From positions 1 through 64,000 of IMG/VR virus record IMGVR_UViG_3300035703_000059: a stretch of DNA of 64,000 nucleotides. One strand, 5' to 3'. The position numbers were made by a program, and so were the translations under genes. Positions 1 through 8,520 of this stretch are shown here, one piece after another (positions within the stretch are counted from its first letter, which is position 1; every line of letters starts with the position of its first letter). Source of the stretch: a virus. Under the pieces are notes generated by a model, which had not been told where the DNA came from, made no database searches, and saw nothing but the letters and a program-made list of their open reading frames with translations.

Positions 1-50
1 AGGAACTCGACAAGCCGGGGTACGAAAACCCCTTCAAGAAGGAGTAACCG

Positions 51-2447
51 ATGACGGGTCAGCAGAAAACCGTCTCGCCGGAGGCGCAAGACATTCTCGA
101 CCGCCTCCGCGAGCATTACCGGCAGCAAGGAAAAGCCGCCGCTGCCGCAAACTACAACCGGCACCTCAAGTCGTTCTTCTCATGGGCCGAGGGGCAGGGG
201 TACTCGGTCAAGACCCTGCCGCCCGACTCCGTCGAGACTTTCCTCGCGGCCAGCGGCCAGAAGGAGACGACGGCCTACGTCATGCGGACGCAGATCAAGA
301 GCGCGCTCCGTGAGGCCCACGCGGCTCTCGGCGTCGACTTCGCCCATCTGGAGTACCAGACCGGCAAGCCCCGCGCGGTCCGCCAAGTTCAAAAACAGCG
401 CGAGAAAGAGAAGCGCGCCGAGAAGCGCGCCGCCGCCCTCGACGGCCAACAGCCCACCTTCCTGTTCGACCCGCACGCCCACAACCCCGTCCCCCACTAC
501 GCAGAGGAACCTTCGATGCCCCACGACGTCACCCAGCCGGAACCCCCGGCACCCGCCCCCGCGACCCCGTACCCCACCGGGGCATCGGCCGGCGGGGCTG
601 CGGGACAGCCAATCGTCATTCAGATGCAACAGCCGCGTCCGGTCGCCCCTGCGGCCGTCACCAAGGGTCCGACGGCGACCGCGCAGTCGGCCCAGCGGGG
701 CATCGTCATCAACAACCACACGTTCACCGGCCCCTACGTCAAAATCAGCCGGATTGCCGATGGTTCTGAGCCGTTCGTCGCTCCCGGCACGGAGACGTTC
801 GTGACCACGCTGCCGGCCTCGCAGCTTGTGCCGCACGGCGACCTTGGGGCGTTCCTCCAGCAGTTCATCGTGCCGGGGCTGCGGCTCGCCTCGACGACCG
901 CACAGGTTCAGTTCGTATTCCACGAACTCAACGACCGCCGTCAGCCGACCGGCCGGCGCGACGAACTCGTCGTCTCGGTGCCGATGGGCGGTTCGATGTT
1001 CGGCGGCCAACCGGCCAGCGCCCCGGCGCCTTCGATGCCGTTCGGCGGCTCGCTCCACGGGATGCCGGCCCCGGCCCCGCAGTTCGACCCCGCGACGGCG
1101 TACCTGCTCAAGAAGCTCGACGAGGAGTCCGAGGGCGCGAAGCGCCGGGCCGACGACCTCGCCGTCGAACTCAAGAAGGCGCAGGACGCGCAGACGCAGT
1201 TCCTCCTCATGCAGCAGATGCAGCGGGAGAACGACCTGCGGCGCGACTTGGAGGAGCGCAAGATTCGCGAGATGGAGCGCGCCCAGCAGACCGCCCTCGC
1301 GGCTTCGATGCCGCCCCCGATGCCGACCATCCTGCCGCCGGAGCCTAAGTCCGACGGGACTGCGGAACTCGTCCGCGCGCTGACCGAGTCGAACGCGCGG
1401 GTCTTTGAGGTCATGCTCGCCCGCACGAATCAGCCGGCGCCGGTCGCGCCGCAGCAGAAGGACGCCGCCGAGTGGGTGCTGCCGCTGATTTCGCAGATGC
1501 AGCAGCAGGCGATGGCCCAGCAGCAGGCGAACCAGCAGATGCTCGTTCAAATCATGCAGGGCAATCAGCAGTTCATGCAGGCGCTCGTCACGCGTGAATC
1601 GCCGGAGGTCAAACTCCTCCGTGACGAGTTGCGGGAGGTGAGGGCTGCGGCCAACGCCCCAAAAGGGGATGACATCGAGGAGTTCGCCGAGAAGTTCCAG
1701 AAGCTCAAGGTCGTCGGCGAACTGATGGGTGGCGGCGGCGGAGCCGCGACCACGGGCCTCATCGATAGCCTCGTCGCCAACGCGGACACCATCGGCGCTG
1801 GCGTCGCGAAGATTATCGCTGCCGCGAAGCCGACCCCGCGTCTGCCGATGCGCGCGCCGACGCCGATGGCCGGGGCGCCCATCCAGACCCAGCAGGCGCT
1901 CCCGCCCGGCCAGCCGCAGCAGCAGGCCGCGCCGCCGCCGAAGCCGGAGGTCGCCATCGCGCATCTGGCTGCCGCGTCCGAGGCCGCGCTCGCGGGCGAC
2001 CAAGAGCAGAAGGTCATCGACGAGGTCGTGTCGATGGTGCAGTCGCTCATGGGGCTGCCGCACCCGTTCCCGACCATCGGCCGCAAGGTGCTGGAGGCGC
2101 TGAAGCAGGTGAAAGACCACGATGACCTGTTCTCGGTCGCCAAGCATCTGTGGGTCGCCACCGGGCAGGAAATCGATAAGAAGGCGGCGCGGGCTATCGC
2201 CGACGTGTTCTACAAGTGGTTCCCGCTCGTCCACCAGAGCCTCTTCGGCGAGATGCGCTACCTCGACGGGCAGAGCGAGGAGATGTTCGCGGCCATCATG
2301 GCGGCGGGCGTCCCCCAGCCGGCAGAGGAGCCGGAGTCGGATGAGGAGTCCGGCGAGGACGGCGAGGACGACGGCGAGGAGTCGGAGGACGACGGCGCCA
2401 TCGATACTGCGGCTGTCGATGACAACGCCAAGACCATCGGTGGATAG
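51..2447 (+). CDS. Large protein: N-terminal integrase SAM/core-binding-like helical domain, P/Q/M-rich and coiled-coil middle, acidic tail
   Basis: 798-aa ORF with RBS AAGGAG upstream. The N-terminus (NYNRHLKSFFSWAEGQG...VETFL...TTAYVMRTQIKSAL) resembles an integrase N-terminal domain. No catalytic R-H-x-x-R-H-Y residues are visible. Confidence 0.6.
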   Translation: MTGQQKTVSPEAQDILDRLREHYRQQGKAAAAANYNRHLKSFFSWAEGQGYSVKTLPPDSVETFLAASGQKETTAYVMRTQIKSALREAHAALGVDFAHLEYQTGKPRAVRQVQKQREKEKRAEKRAAALDGQQPTFLFDPHAHNPVPHYAEEPSMPHDVTQPEPPAPAPATPYPTGASAGGAAGQPIVIQMQQPRPVAPAAVTKGPTATAQSAQRGIVINNHTFTGPYVKISRIADGSEPFVAPGTETFVTTLPASQLVPHGDLGAFLQQFIVPGLRLASTTAQVQFVFHELNDRRQPTGRRDELVVSVPMGGSMFGGQPASAPAPSMPFGGSLHGMPAPAPQFDPATAYLLKKLDEESEGAKRRADDLAVELKKAQDAQTQFLLMQQMQRENDLRRDLEERKIREMERAQQTALAASMPPPMPTILPPEPKSDGTAELVRALTESNARVFEVMLARTNQPAPVAPQQKDAAEWVLPLISQMQQQAMAQQQANQQMLVQIMQGNQQFMQALVTRESPEVKLLRDELREVRAAANAPKGDDIEEFAEKFQKLKVVGELMGGGGGAATTGLIDSLVANADTIGAGVAKIIAAAKPTPRLPMRAPTPMAGAPIQTQQALPPGQPQQQAAPPPKPEVAIAHLAAASEAALAGDQEQKVIDEVVSMVQSLMGLPHPFPTIGRKVLEALKQVKDHDDLFSVAKHLWVATGQEIDKKAARAIADVFYKWFPLVHQSLFGEMRYLDGQSEEMFAAIMAAGVPQPAEEPESDEESGEDGEDDGEESEDDGAIDTAAVDDNAKTIGG

Positions 2448-2526
2448 GTAGAGTAGGCGTAAGTGTCGGAACGCGGGGAGTCGGCCACGGTGCCGGCTCC
2501 CCGTTTTTCGTGGTAGGCTGCGCGCC

Positions 2527-3246
2527 ATGCCGCTCCTTACCATCAAGCTGCAACGCGTTCCCAACGTCCTCGGCATCTATGGCAAGTCGAAGGACGAGTT
2601 CCCGCAGTCGGCGTCGTGGCTCCACCCGGACGCCGCTCGCGGGTTCGCGGCTCTGCAAGCCGGCCTCGGCCAGCGGGTGCGCGTTTCTGACGTGTTTCGG
2701 ACCGCTGAGCAGTCGCTCGCGGCGCGCGCCATGAAGTCCGGCGTTCAGCCGCCGGGGTTCTCGCTCCACAACTACGGCATCGCCATCGACATCCACACCG
2801 ACGCCATGCTCGCGGCGCTCAAGCTGGACAAGCCGGCCCTCGACAAGCGGTTCACCGAACACGGGTGGTTCTGCCACCGCAAGGACGGCAAGCGCGGCAT
2901 GGAGGATTGGCACTTCAACTTTCTCGGTGTCGGCGACGAAGCCGCGCCGTTCCTCGCGGCGAGCGCGAAGTCGTCGAACACGTCGGCCGCCGGGGATGCG
3001 AAAATCCGCGCGATTCACGGCGACGACTTGACGCTGACCCCTGCGGAGGCGCAGGAAGCGCTGAAAAAGCTGCGGATGTACCACGGCGACCTCGACGGCA
3101 AGTTCGGTCCCCGGTCGCAGCAGGCGCTCATGGTGTTCCAGCGGGCGTGGAAGCTCGTTGACTCCGGCGTGCTGGACGCCAAGACTGAGCGAACACTCGC
3201 CTACGTCACCGCGAATCGCGTCGAACTCGACCCGGCGTCGGTCTAA
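2527..3246 (+). CDS. Endolysin: M15/VanY-type peptidase plus C-terminal peptidoglycan-binding domain
   Basis: Zn-peptidase motifs SLHNYGIAIDI and EDWHF. PG_binding_1 motif DGKFGPRSQQALMVFQRAW-KLVDSGVLDAKT. Confidence 0.9.
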   Translation: MPLLTIKLQRVPNVLGIYGKSKDEFPQSASWLHPDAARGFAALQAGLGQRVRVSDVFRTAEQSLAARAMKSGVQPPGFSLHNYGIAIDIHTDAMLAALKLDKPALDKRFTEHGWFCHRKDGKRGMEDWHFNFLGVGDEAAPFLAASAKSSNTSAAGDAKIRAIHGDDLTLTPAEAQEALKKLRMYHGDLDGKFGPRSQQALMVFQRAWKLVDSGVLDAKTERTLAYVTANRVELDPASV

Positions 3247-3255
3247 GGGGCATCG

Positions 3256-4023
3256 ATGGCGTCCCAGCTTCTCGTCAACGTGCTGCCGGTCGTGAACCTC
3301 GCGGGGGGCGCGTCCGTCACGCTCGCCCACGGGCTGCGGTCCGGCGACCAGCCGGTAACGCCGACGCAGGTGCTTTGCGACCGGGCCTCGCCTCTCGTCG
3401 TGAGCGCCGCCACCGACATCAGCATCACGGTCACGAATCCGACGGCCTCGCCGCTCACGGCGAACTTCCGCTGCGAGTACGACCACTCGATTCACGCGGT
3501 CGGGGCGACGCCGACGAAGTGGGGCGGGGTGCCGTTCACGGCGGCCGGTGTCGCGGTCTACGGGCAGTTTTTTAGCGACCTCGACCAAGTGATTTCCAAC
3601 GGGACCGGCATCACGCTGATGTCTTTCGAGAACACGTCGAGCGCGAACGGGGTGTCGGTCGTCGACCCCGGCGCCGGTCCGACGCAACTCACCGTGGCTG
3701 CGGCGGGCGTCTACTGCTTCACCCTGTCGCCGCAGCTTCTCAAGACGGCGGGCGGGGGGTCGGGAAAGGTCGCGTTTTGGGCGCGGAAGAACGGCATCGA
3801 TTTGCCGGATTCCGCGTCGGTCGTCGCGCTCACGAACAACCAAGAGAACTTGACGTTCATCGAACTGGTCGTTCCGATGAACGCTGGCGACAATGTCGAA
3901 TGGGCGTGCAACGCGGACGTCGCGAACTGCCGGCTTGAGCACTTCCCCGCGTCTGTCGCGCCCGCGCTTGTGCGTCCTGCCGTCCCCAGCATCATCGCCG
4001 GGGTCAAACTCATCGGAACATAG
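3256..4023 (+). CDS. Spike/fibre protein: N-terminal anchor domain shared with the 8521 ORF plus C1q/BclA-C-like head
   Basis: About 95 N-terminal aa align with the 8521 ORF. The C-terminal half is beta-rich (YGQFFSDLDQ...GVYCFTLSPQL...MNAGDNVEW). Confidence 0.6.
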   Translation: MASQLLVNVLPVVNLAGGASVTLAHGLRSGDQPVTPTQVLCDRASPLVVSAATDISITVTNPTASPLTANFRCEYDHSIHAVGATPTKWGGVPFTAAGVAVYGQFFSDLDQVISNGTGITLMSFENTSSANGVSVVDPGAGPTQLTVAAAGVYCFTLSPQLLKTAGGGSGKVAFWARKNGIDLPDSASVVALTNNQENLTFIELVVPMNAGDNVEWACNADVANCRLEHFPASVAPALVRPAVPSIIAGVKLIGT

Positions 4024-4043
4024 CCCATCGAAGGAGTCCGCTC

Positions 4044-4430
4044 ATGCCGTTCACGATCATCGAGGAACGCCCCTGCCCGCGCCCGACGCTCGACGTCGCG
4101 CTGAACCTGCGAAACCGGAAGAAGGCCATCGACGTCGCGATGTACGGTCCCGCGAACCCGCGACTGCCGAACGACGGCTACTGGAAGAAGCTCGCGGGCG
4201 TGTGGGGAATCTCGCCGGGCGAGGCGCGGACCATGCGCTGCGGGAACTGCGCGGCCTTTGACATCAAGCGGGAGACGCTGGACTGCATCCGCAAGGGCAT
4301 CGGGCGCGACGGCATCGACCCGCAGGACACCGTGGTCGCGGCCGAACTCGGCTACTGCCGGATGTTCGCCTTCAAGTGCGCGGCGTCGCGGACGTGCAGC
4401 GCATGGGTCGTCGGCGGCCCCATTCGTTGA
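4044..4430 (+). CDS. Cys-cluster hypothetical phage protein (CxNC...C...CxxW)
   Basis: RBS AAGGAG. Motifs RCGNCAAF, GYC and KCAASRTCSAW. Confidence 0.7.
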   Translation: MPFTIIEERPCPRPTLDVALNLRNRKKAIDVAMYGPANPRLPNDGYWKKLAGVWGISPGEARTMRCGNCAAFDIKRETLDCIRKGIGRDGIDPQDTVVAAELGYCRMFAFKCAASRTCSAWVVGGPIR

Positions 4431-4438
4431 GGTGGCGC

Positions 4439-4912
4439 ATGGCCCATCGATGCACGAACGGCCGGACCGACCCCGCGCTGTGGGAGCGCGCCAAGCGGGA
4501 CGCTGTAAAGCGTCTCGGTGGGCGCCATTCGGCGCGCGCGATGCAGCTTGCGGGCAAGCTGTACCGCGAGCGCGGGGGCGGGTACTGCGGTGCGCGGACC
4601 AAGGCGCAGCGGAAGCTGTCGAAGTGGACGCGCGAGGATTGGCGGACCTACACGGGCGAGAAGGCGTGTCGGGGCGCGAAGTGCGACCGATACCTGCCGG
4701 CGGCGGCATGGGAGCGCCTGTCGCCGCAGGAGGCGGCGGCGACGCGGTCGCGCAAGCTGAAAGCGCGGCGGCAGTATGTCCCGAACGCCCCGGCGGCGCG
4801 AGCGGCGGGGAGGCGAGCGCGCGGGGTCGGGGCGCTGCCTTCGATGGATTGGCGCAGCGTTGCGGTGTCGGCGCTTGCGGGGATGGCGCTCATCGCTTTC
4901 GCGCGCCGGTAA
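4439..4912 (+). CDS. DUF5872-like basic protein with C-terminal TM anchor
   Basis: SARAMQL...YRERGGGY...LSKWTREDW...RYLPAAAWERLS matches the family pattern as I recall it. Hydrophobic C-terminus. Start taken at ATG 4439 after GAGG. Confidence 0.7.
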   Translation: MAHRCTNGRTDPALWERAKRDAVKRLGGRHSARAMQLAGKLYRERGGGYCGARTKAQRKLSKWTREDWRTYTGEKACRGAKCDRYLPAAAWERLSPQEAAATRSRKLKARRQYVPNAPAARAAGRRARGVGALPSMDWRSVAVSALAGMALIAFARR

Positions 4913-4953
4913 TCGCGCGTCAAGGTGATCGGGTCGTGGTATGAGGTCCGGTC

Positions 4954-5712
4954 ATGGCAGTTACCGTCACCCGGCTCGATGGACAGAATGTCGGACTTCG
5001 TCTGCTGGGGCAGGTCAGCGTCAACGCGTTGTCGTTGAATCTGACGACCGGAGACGTGTCGAGTGCGTTCTTCAACGCCGAGGACTGCCGGATTCTCAAG
5101 CAGTTCGCGCTGTCGTTGTTCCAAATCGTCCCCGTCTCCGCGAGGTCGGCGGCATCGATTGGCCTTCTGGCGCGCCTGTGCGCTGTCTCGCCGGCTGACG
5201 CCTCGACGCTCACGCTGACGTCGTCGGTGTCACAGGGCGTGGCGACGCTCGTCGCGTCGGTCACGGCGTCGCCGGCCTCGCTTCTGCTCACCATCCCGTT
5301 CTCGCCGTCGGGCGGGCTTGTCCCCGGCATGGTGACGTCGAACGCGCAAGGCGGCGGGACCAGCGGGAACTCGTACATCGTGCTGCCCTACGAGGGTCCG
5401 CTCGACGTGGGAGATGCGGTGGTGCGGTCGCCGACGACGGGACGCGTGCGTCGGGCGGACCCGTGGGTAGAGACATTGATGCCGGCCATCGGAATCGCGG
5501 TGGATTGGGAGGGCGGAGACGTGAAGGTGCAGCTTGACGGGATCGTCGGTGGCCTCTACGCCGCGACGGCGCAGCCGCTCTTGTTCGTGGGAGAAAATGG
5601 CCGTCTGGTGCCTATCGCCGACGTCATTCCACGGGTGCAAATGATGGGGTACTGGCTGGACTCCAGCCGGTTCAAGTTGAACATCGACCCGCGAGCCTTC
5701 ATCCGAGCGTGA
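4954..5712 (+). CDS. Structural protein with C-terminal capsid-cement (DUF2190-like) domain
   Basis: VGDAVVRS..GRVRRAD...PAIGIA...VKVQLDG pattern. Beta-rich. Confidence 0.5.
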   Translation: MAVTVTRLDGQNVGLRLLGQVSVNALSLNLTTGDVSSAFFNAEDCRILKQFALSLFQIVPVSARSAASIGLLARLCAVSPADASTLTLTSSVSQGVATLVASVTASPASLLLTIPFSPSGGLVPGMVTSNAQGGGTSGNSYIVLPYEGPLDVGDAVVRSPTTGRVRRADPWVETLMPAIGIAVDWEGGDVKVQLDGIVGGLYAATAQPLLFVGENGRLVPIADVIPRVQMMGYWLDSSRFKLNIDPRAFIRA

Positions 5713-5825
5713 GTGCTGGAACCGGGTCGCACGTTGGTAAATTCGCGACAGTCATGTAGAGTCCTTCTCGTCTTGGGAGTTCGTCCGCGCCTCAAGACGC
5801 AGCAGGGACTCTGAGGTGCGGAATC

Positions 5826-6263
5826 ATGAGTGAACACAACAAGCCCAAGCGTCAGTATCGCCGTCGTCAGAAGTCTCCCGTCGTGTCCGCGACGGAATCG
5901 TCCGCGTCGATGGAGTCGGCTTCGGTCGCGTCGGAGCCGGCCCCTTCGATTCCCTCTCCGACGCCCCCGCGATTGACGAGCGTCGAGATTTTCCATCTCC
6001 GCCTCGCCGAAACCGAGATTCGCGCTGCGCTTGCCGAGAAGGAAGCGGCGCGACTGCGTCGTCTCTACTTCCTCGCGCTCATCGACCCTAAGGGGACGGT
6101 GCTGGCCGAGGAAAAGAACTTGGGGCAAAAGGAACGAGCGCTTCGTGAGGCGCAGGCGAAGTTCGCGGCGCTGCGAGAGCGCGTCGGCAAGCGTTTGAAC
6201 TTGGATATGAGCAAGGCCGGAATCGATGTCGAAACCGGCGAGGTGATGGTGCCGTCCGCGTAA
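5826..6263 (+). CDS. Hypothetical coiled-coil protein
   Basis: 145 aa with RBS GAGG and an E/R/A/L-rich helical C-terminal half. Confidence 0.6.
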   Translation: MSEHNKPKRQYRRRQKSPVVSATESSASMESASVASEPAPSIPSPTPPRLTSVEIFHLRLAETEIRAALAEKEAARLRRLYFLALIDPKGTVLAEEKNLGQKERALREAQAKFAALRERVGKRLNLDMSKAGIDVETGEVMVPSA

Positions 6264-6325
6264 ACCATTCGGCGGATTGGCCGCCGATAATGCCCATCTG
6301 GTGATGGGCGCACAGGAGCAAGACG

Positions 6326-8377
6326 ATGGCTAACGTGAGGAAGTTTCTCTTTTTCGACCCGGCGACGGGTCAGTATCGGGAGCAGACCGCGACCGATACC
6401 ATTCAGATCGCGAACGGCGTTGACGCGCTGGACGCGGTGAACAAGAGCCAGCTTGACGCCGTTGCGGCGGCGGCGGATGCGGCTGTCGAGGCCGAGGAAG
6501 CCCGCGCTCTCGCAGCCGAGGCGGCTCTCCAGAGCGCCATCGATGGCGTGGCGGCCGACCTGTCGGACGAGGTTGATCGCGCGACTGCGGCCGAGCAGGC
6601 CATCGCGGCTGACCTTGCGACCGAGGTTTCGGATCGCGAGGCGGCGATCACGGCTCTCGACGCGGAACTGTCGGCCGACATTCTGGCCGAGCAGACCCGC
6701 GCGCAGGCGGCCGAGGCTTCGCTTCAGTCGGCGCTGACGCAGGAGATCGCGGACCGCGTCGCTGGCGACCTCACCGAGAAGAACCGGGCCGAGGCTGCCG
6801 AGGCTTCGCTGCTGTCGGCGATCAACACCGAGGTCAGCGACCGTATCGCTGCGGTGAGCGCCGAGGCTTCGGCTCGCGCTGCGGCCGACGCGACCGAGCT
6901 GGCTCGCGCGCAGGCGGCGGAAGCCGACCTTCAGTCGCAGATCACCGCCGAGGTTGCGGCGCGTGAGGCCGCGATCACGTCGCTCAACAGCACCCTGTCG
7001 GCGGCCATCACCGCCGAGGAGACGGCCCGCATCGCTGCGGACGGCGTGCTCCAGAGCAACATCGATGATGAGGAGTCGGCTCGTATCGCTGCCGACGCGA
7101 CCCTCACGTCGGACCTCGCGGCCGAGGTTGCGCGTGCGACCGCCGCCGAGAGCGTGCTGACCGCCGACCTCGCGTCGGAGGTTGCGGCTCGCGAGGCCGC
7201 CGTCTCTGCCGAGGCGCTGGCTCGCCAGAACGCCGATGACGGCCTTGCCGCCGACATCGCGGCCGAGGAAGTGCGTGCGCTGGCCGCCGAGGGCGTCCTT
7301 CAGTCGAACATCGATGCCGAGGAAGCGGCGCGTATCGCGGCCGTTTCGGCCGAAGAGGCCGCTCGCATCGCTGGCGATGCCGCGACCCTCGCGTCGGCGA
7401 ACGCCTACGCCGATAGCCTCGTCGAAGGCATCTCGTTCAAGTCGTCCGTGCGCGTCGCGCTGCCGACTTCGTTCGATATGGGCGGCAGCACGATCAATAT
7501 GCCCGCCGACTACGCCAGCGTGGCGTCGGCCCTCGGTACTGAGGCCGGCGACCGCATCCTGCTGATCCAGCCGGAAGGTTCGGCTGGCGCCATGAACGCC
7601 GGTATCTACGTCGTGAACAGCGGCAACACCGCGCTCGTTCGCGCGCCGGATATGGCGGTTGGCTCTGACGCGTCGGGCGCCTACGTCTACGTCGAAGAGG
7701 GCGTGGTCGGAAGCACCATCCCGCACGCCAACCCCGGAACGTCGTTCGTTTGCGCCAACGTCAAGGGTGGCGACATCGTTGGCACCGACCCGCTCGATTT
7801 CGCGGTGTTCCAGCGCGTCGAGAACCTGACCTTCTCCAACGGGGTTCAGAAGATCGGCCTCGACGTTTCGGCCAAGGTCAAGACGAACGGCGCCATCGGC
7901 GCGGGCAGCAACGGGCTTGAGCTGCTGTTCGACACCACCCTGCTGAAGATCGATGGCAGCGGCAACGTCACCATCAACGACCCGCTCGCCGGTGGCCCGC
8001 TGAACATCGCGGACAGCCTGCACGGCCACAGCCACACCAGCGCGGTGCGGCCGTCGACCGCTGCCAACGAGGCGCACTTCGCCAAGTTCAACGGCGACAG
8101 CGCGACGTGGGACTCCTCGTCCTGCATGGCGTTCGTGGAATCGAAGGACGGCAGCGGCACCGCCGTCATCGTGTTCAGCGGCAAGGGCGAGCACTCGTCG
8201 CTCTCCACCGCGCTGTCGGCCTTCTCGGTCGGCGACACGGTGTACGTCGGCGGCGTTGCGGGCGAGTTCTCGGACTTCGCCAGCGTGCCGAGCGGCAAGT
8301 GGGCCATCCCGGTCGGCAAGAAGATGGCGTCGAACGCCCTCCTCGTCGACATCGGAACGGCGCTGCTGAAGGCGTAA
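6326..8377 (+). CDS. Long fibre protein: Ala/Glu coiled-coil stalk, phage-fibre beta domain, C-terminal cement-like domain
   Basis: Repeats ExxRAxAAExxL in 11-, 18- and 22-aa units. Then KSSVRVA...GDRILL...NAGIYVV...VYVEEG, a motif common in phage fibres. Confidence 0.75.
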   Translation: MANVRKFLFFDPATGQYREQTATDTIQIANGVDALDAVNKSQLDAVAAAADAAVEAEEARALAAEAALQSAIDGVAADLSDEVDRATAAEQAIAADLATEVSDREAAITALDAELSADILAEQTRAQAAEASLQSALTQEIADRVAGDLTEKNRAEAAEASLLSAINTEVSDRIAAVSAEASARAAADATELARAQAAEADLQSQITAEVAAREAAITSLNSTLSAAITAEETARIAADGVLQSNIDDEESARIAADATLTSDLAAEVARATAAESVLTADLASEVAAREAAVSAEALARQNADDGLAADIAAEEVRALAAEGVLQSNIDAEEAARIAAVSAEEAARIAGDAATLASANAYADSLVEGISFKSSVRVALPTSFDMGGSTINMPADYASVASALGTEAGDRILLIQPEGSAGAMNAGIYVVNSGNTALVRAPDMAVGSDASGAYVYVEEGVVGSTIPHANPGTSFVCANVKGGDIVGTDPLDFAVFQRVENLTFSNGVQKIGLDVSAKVKTNGAIGAGSNGLELLFDTTLLKIDGSGNVTINDPLAGGPLNIADSLHGHSHTSAVRPSTAANEAHFAKFNGDSATWDSSSCMAFVESKDGSGTAVIVFSGKGEHSSLSTALSAFSVGDTVYVGGVAGEFSDFASVPSGKWAIPVGKKMASNALLVDIGTALLKA

Positions 8378-8424
8378 TGCGATAACCCGAAGCCCGACGG
8401 ACGCGGACCCGGCGGGCAGAGGGT

Positions 8425-8470
8425 GGGCGGGGGTCACACGGGACGCCGTGTGGCCCCCGTCCTCTTTTCT
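8425..8470 (+). terminator. Probable intrinsic terminator
   Basis: Stem GGGGGTCACACGG-gacg-CCGTGTGGCCCCC followed by TCTTTTCT, after the fibre gene. Confidence 0.6.
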
Positions 8471-8520
8471 CCGCATCGATGACGTAGCCGGGGGGCGAGC
8501 GAGTAGGGTAGAGTCCGCGC

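Noticed and set aside
6326-8377. Tape-measure protein
   Set aside because: It ends in fibre- and cement-like beta domains and has no flanking tail-tube, chaperone or baseplate genes.
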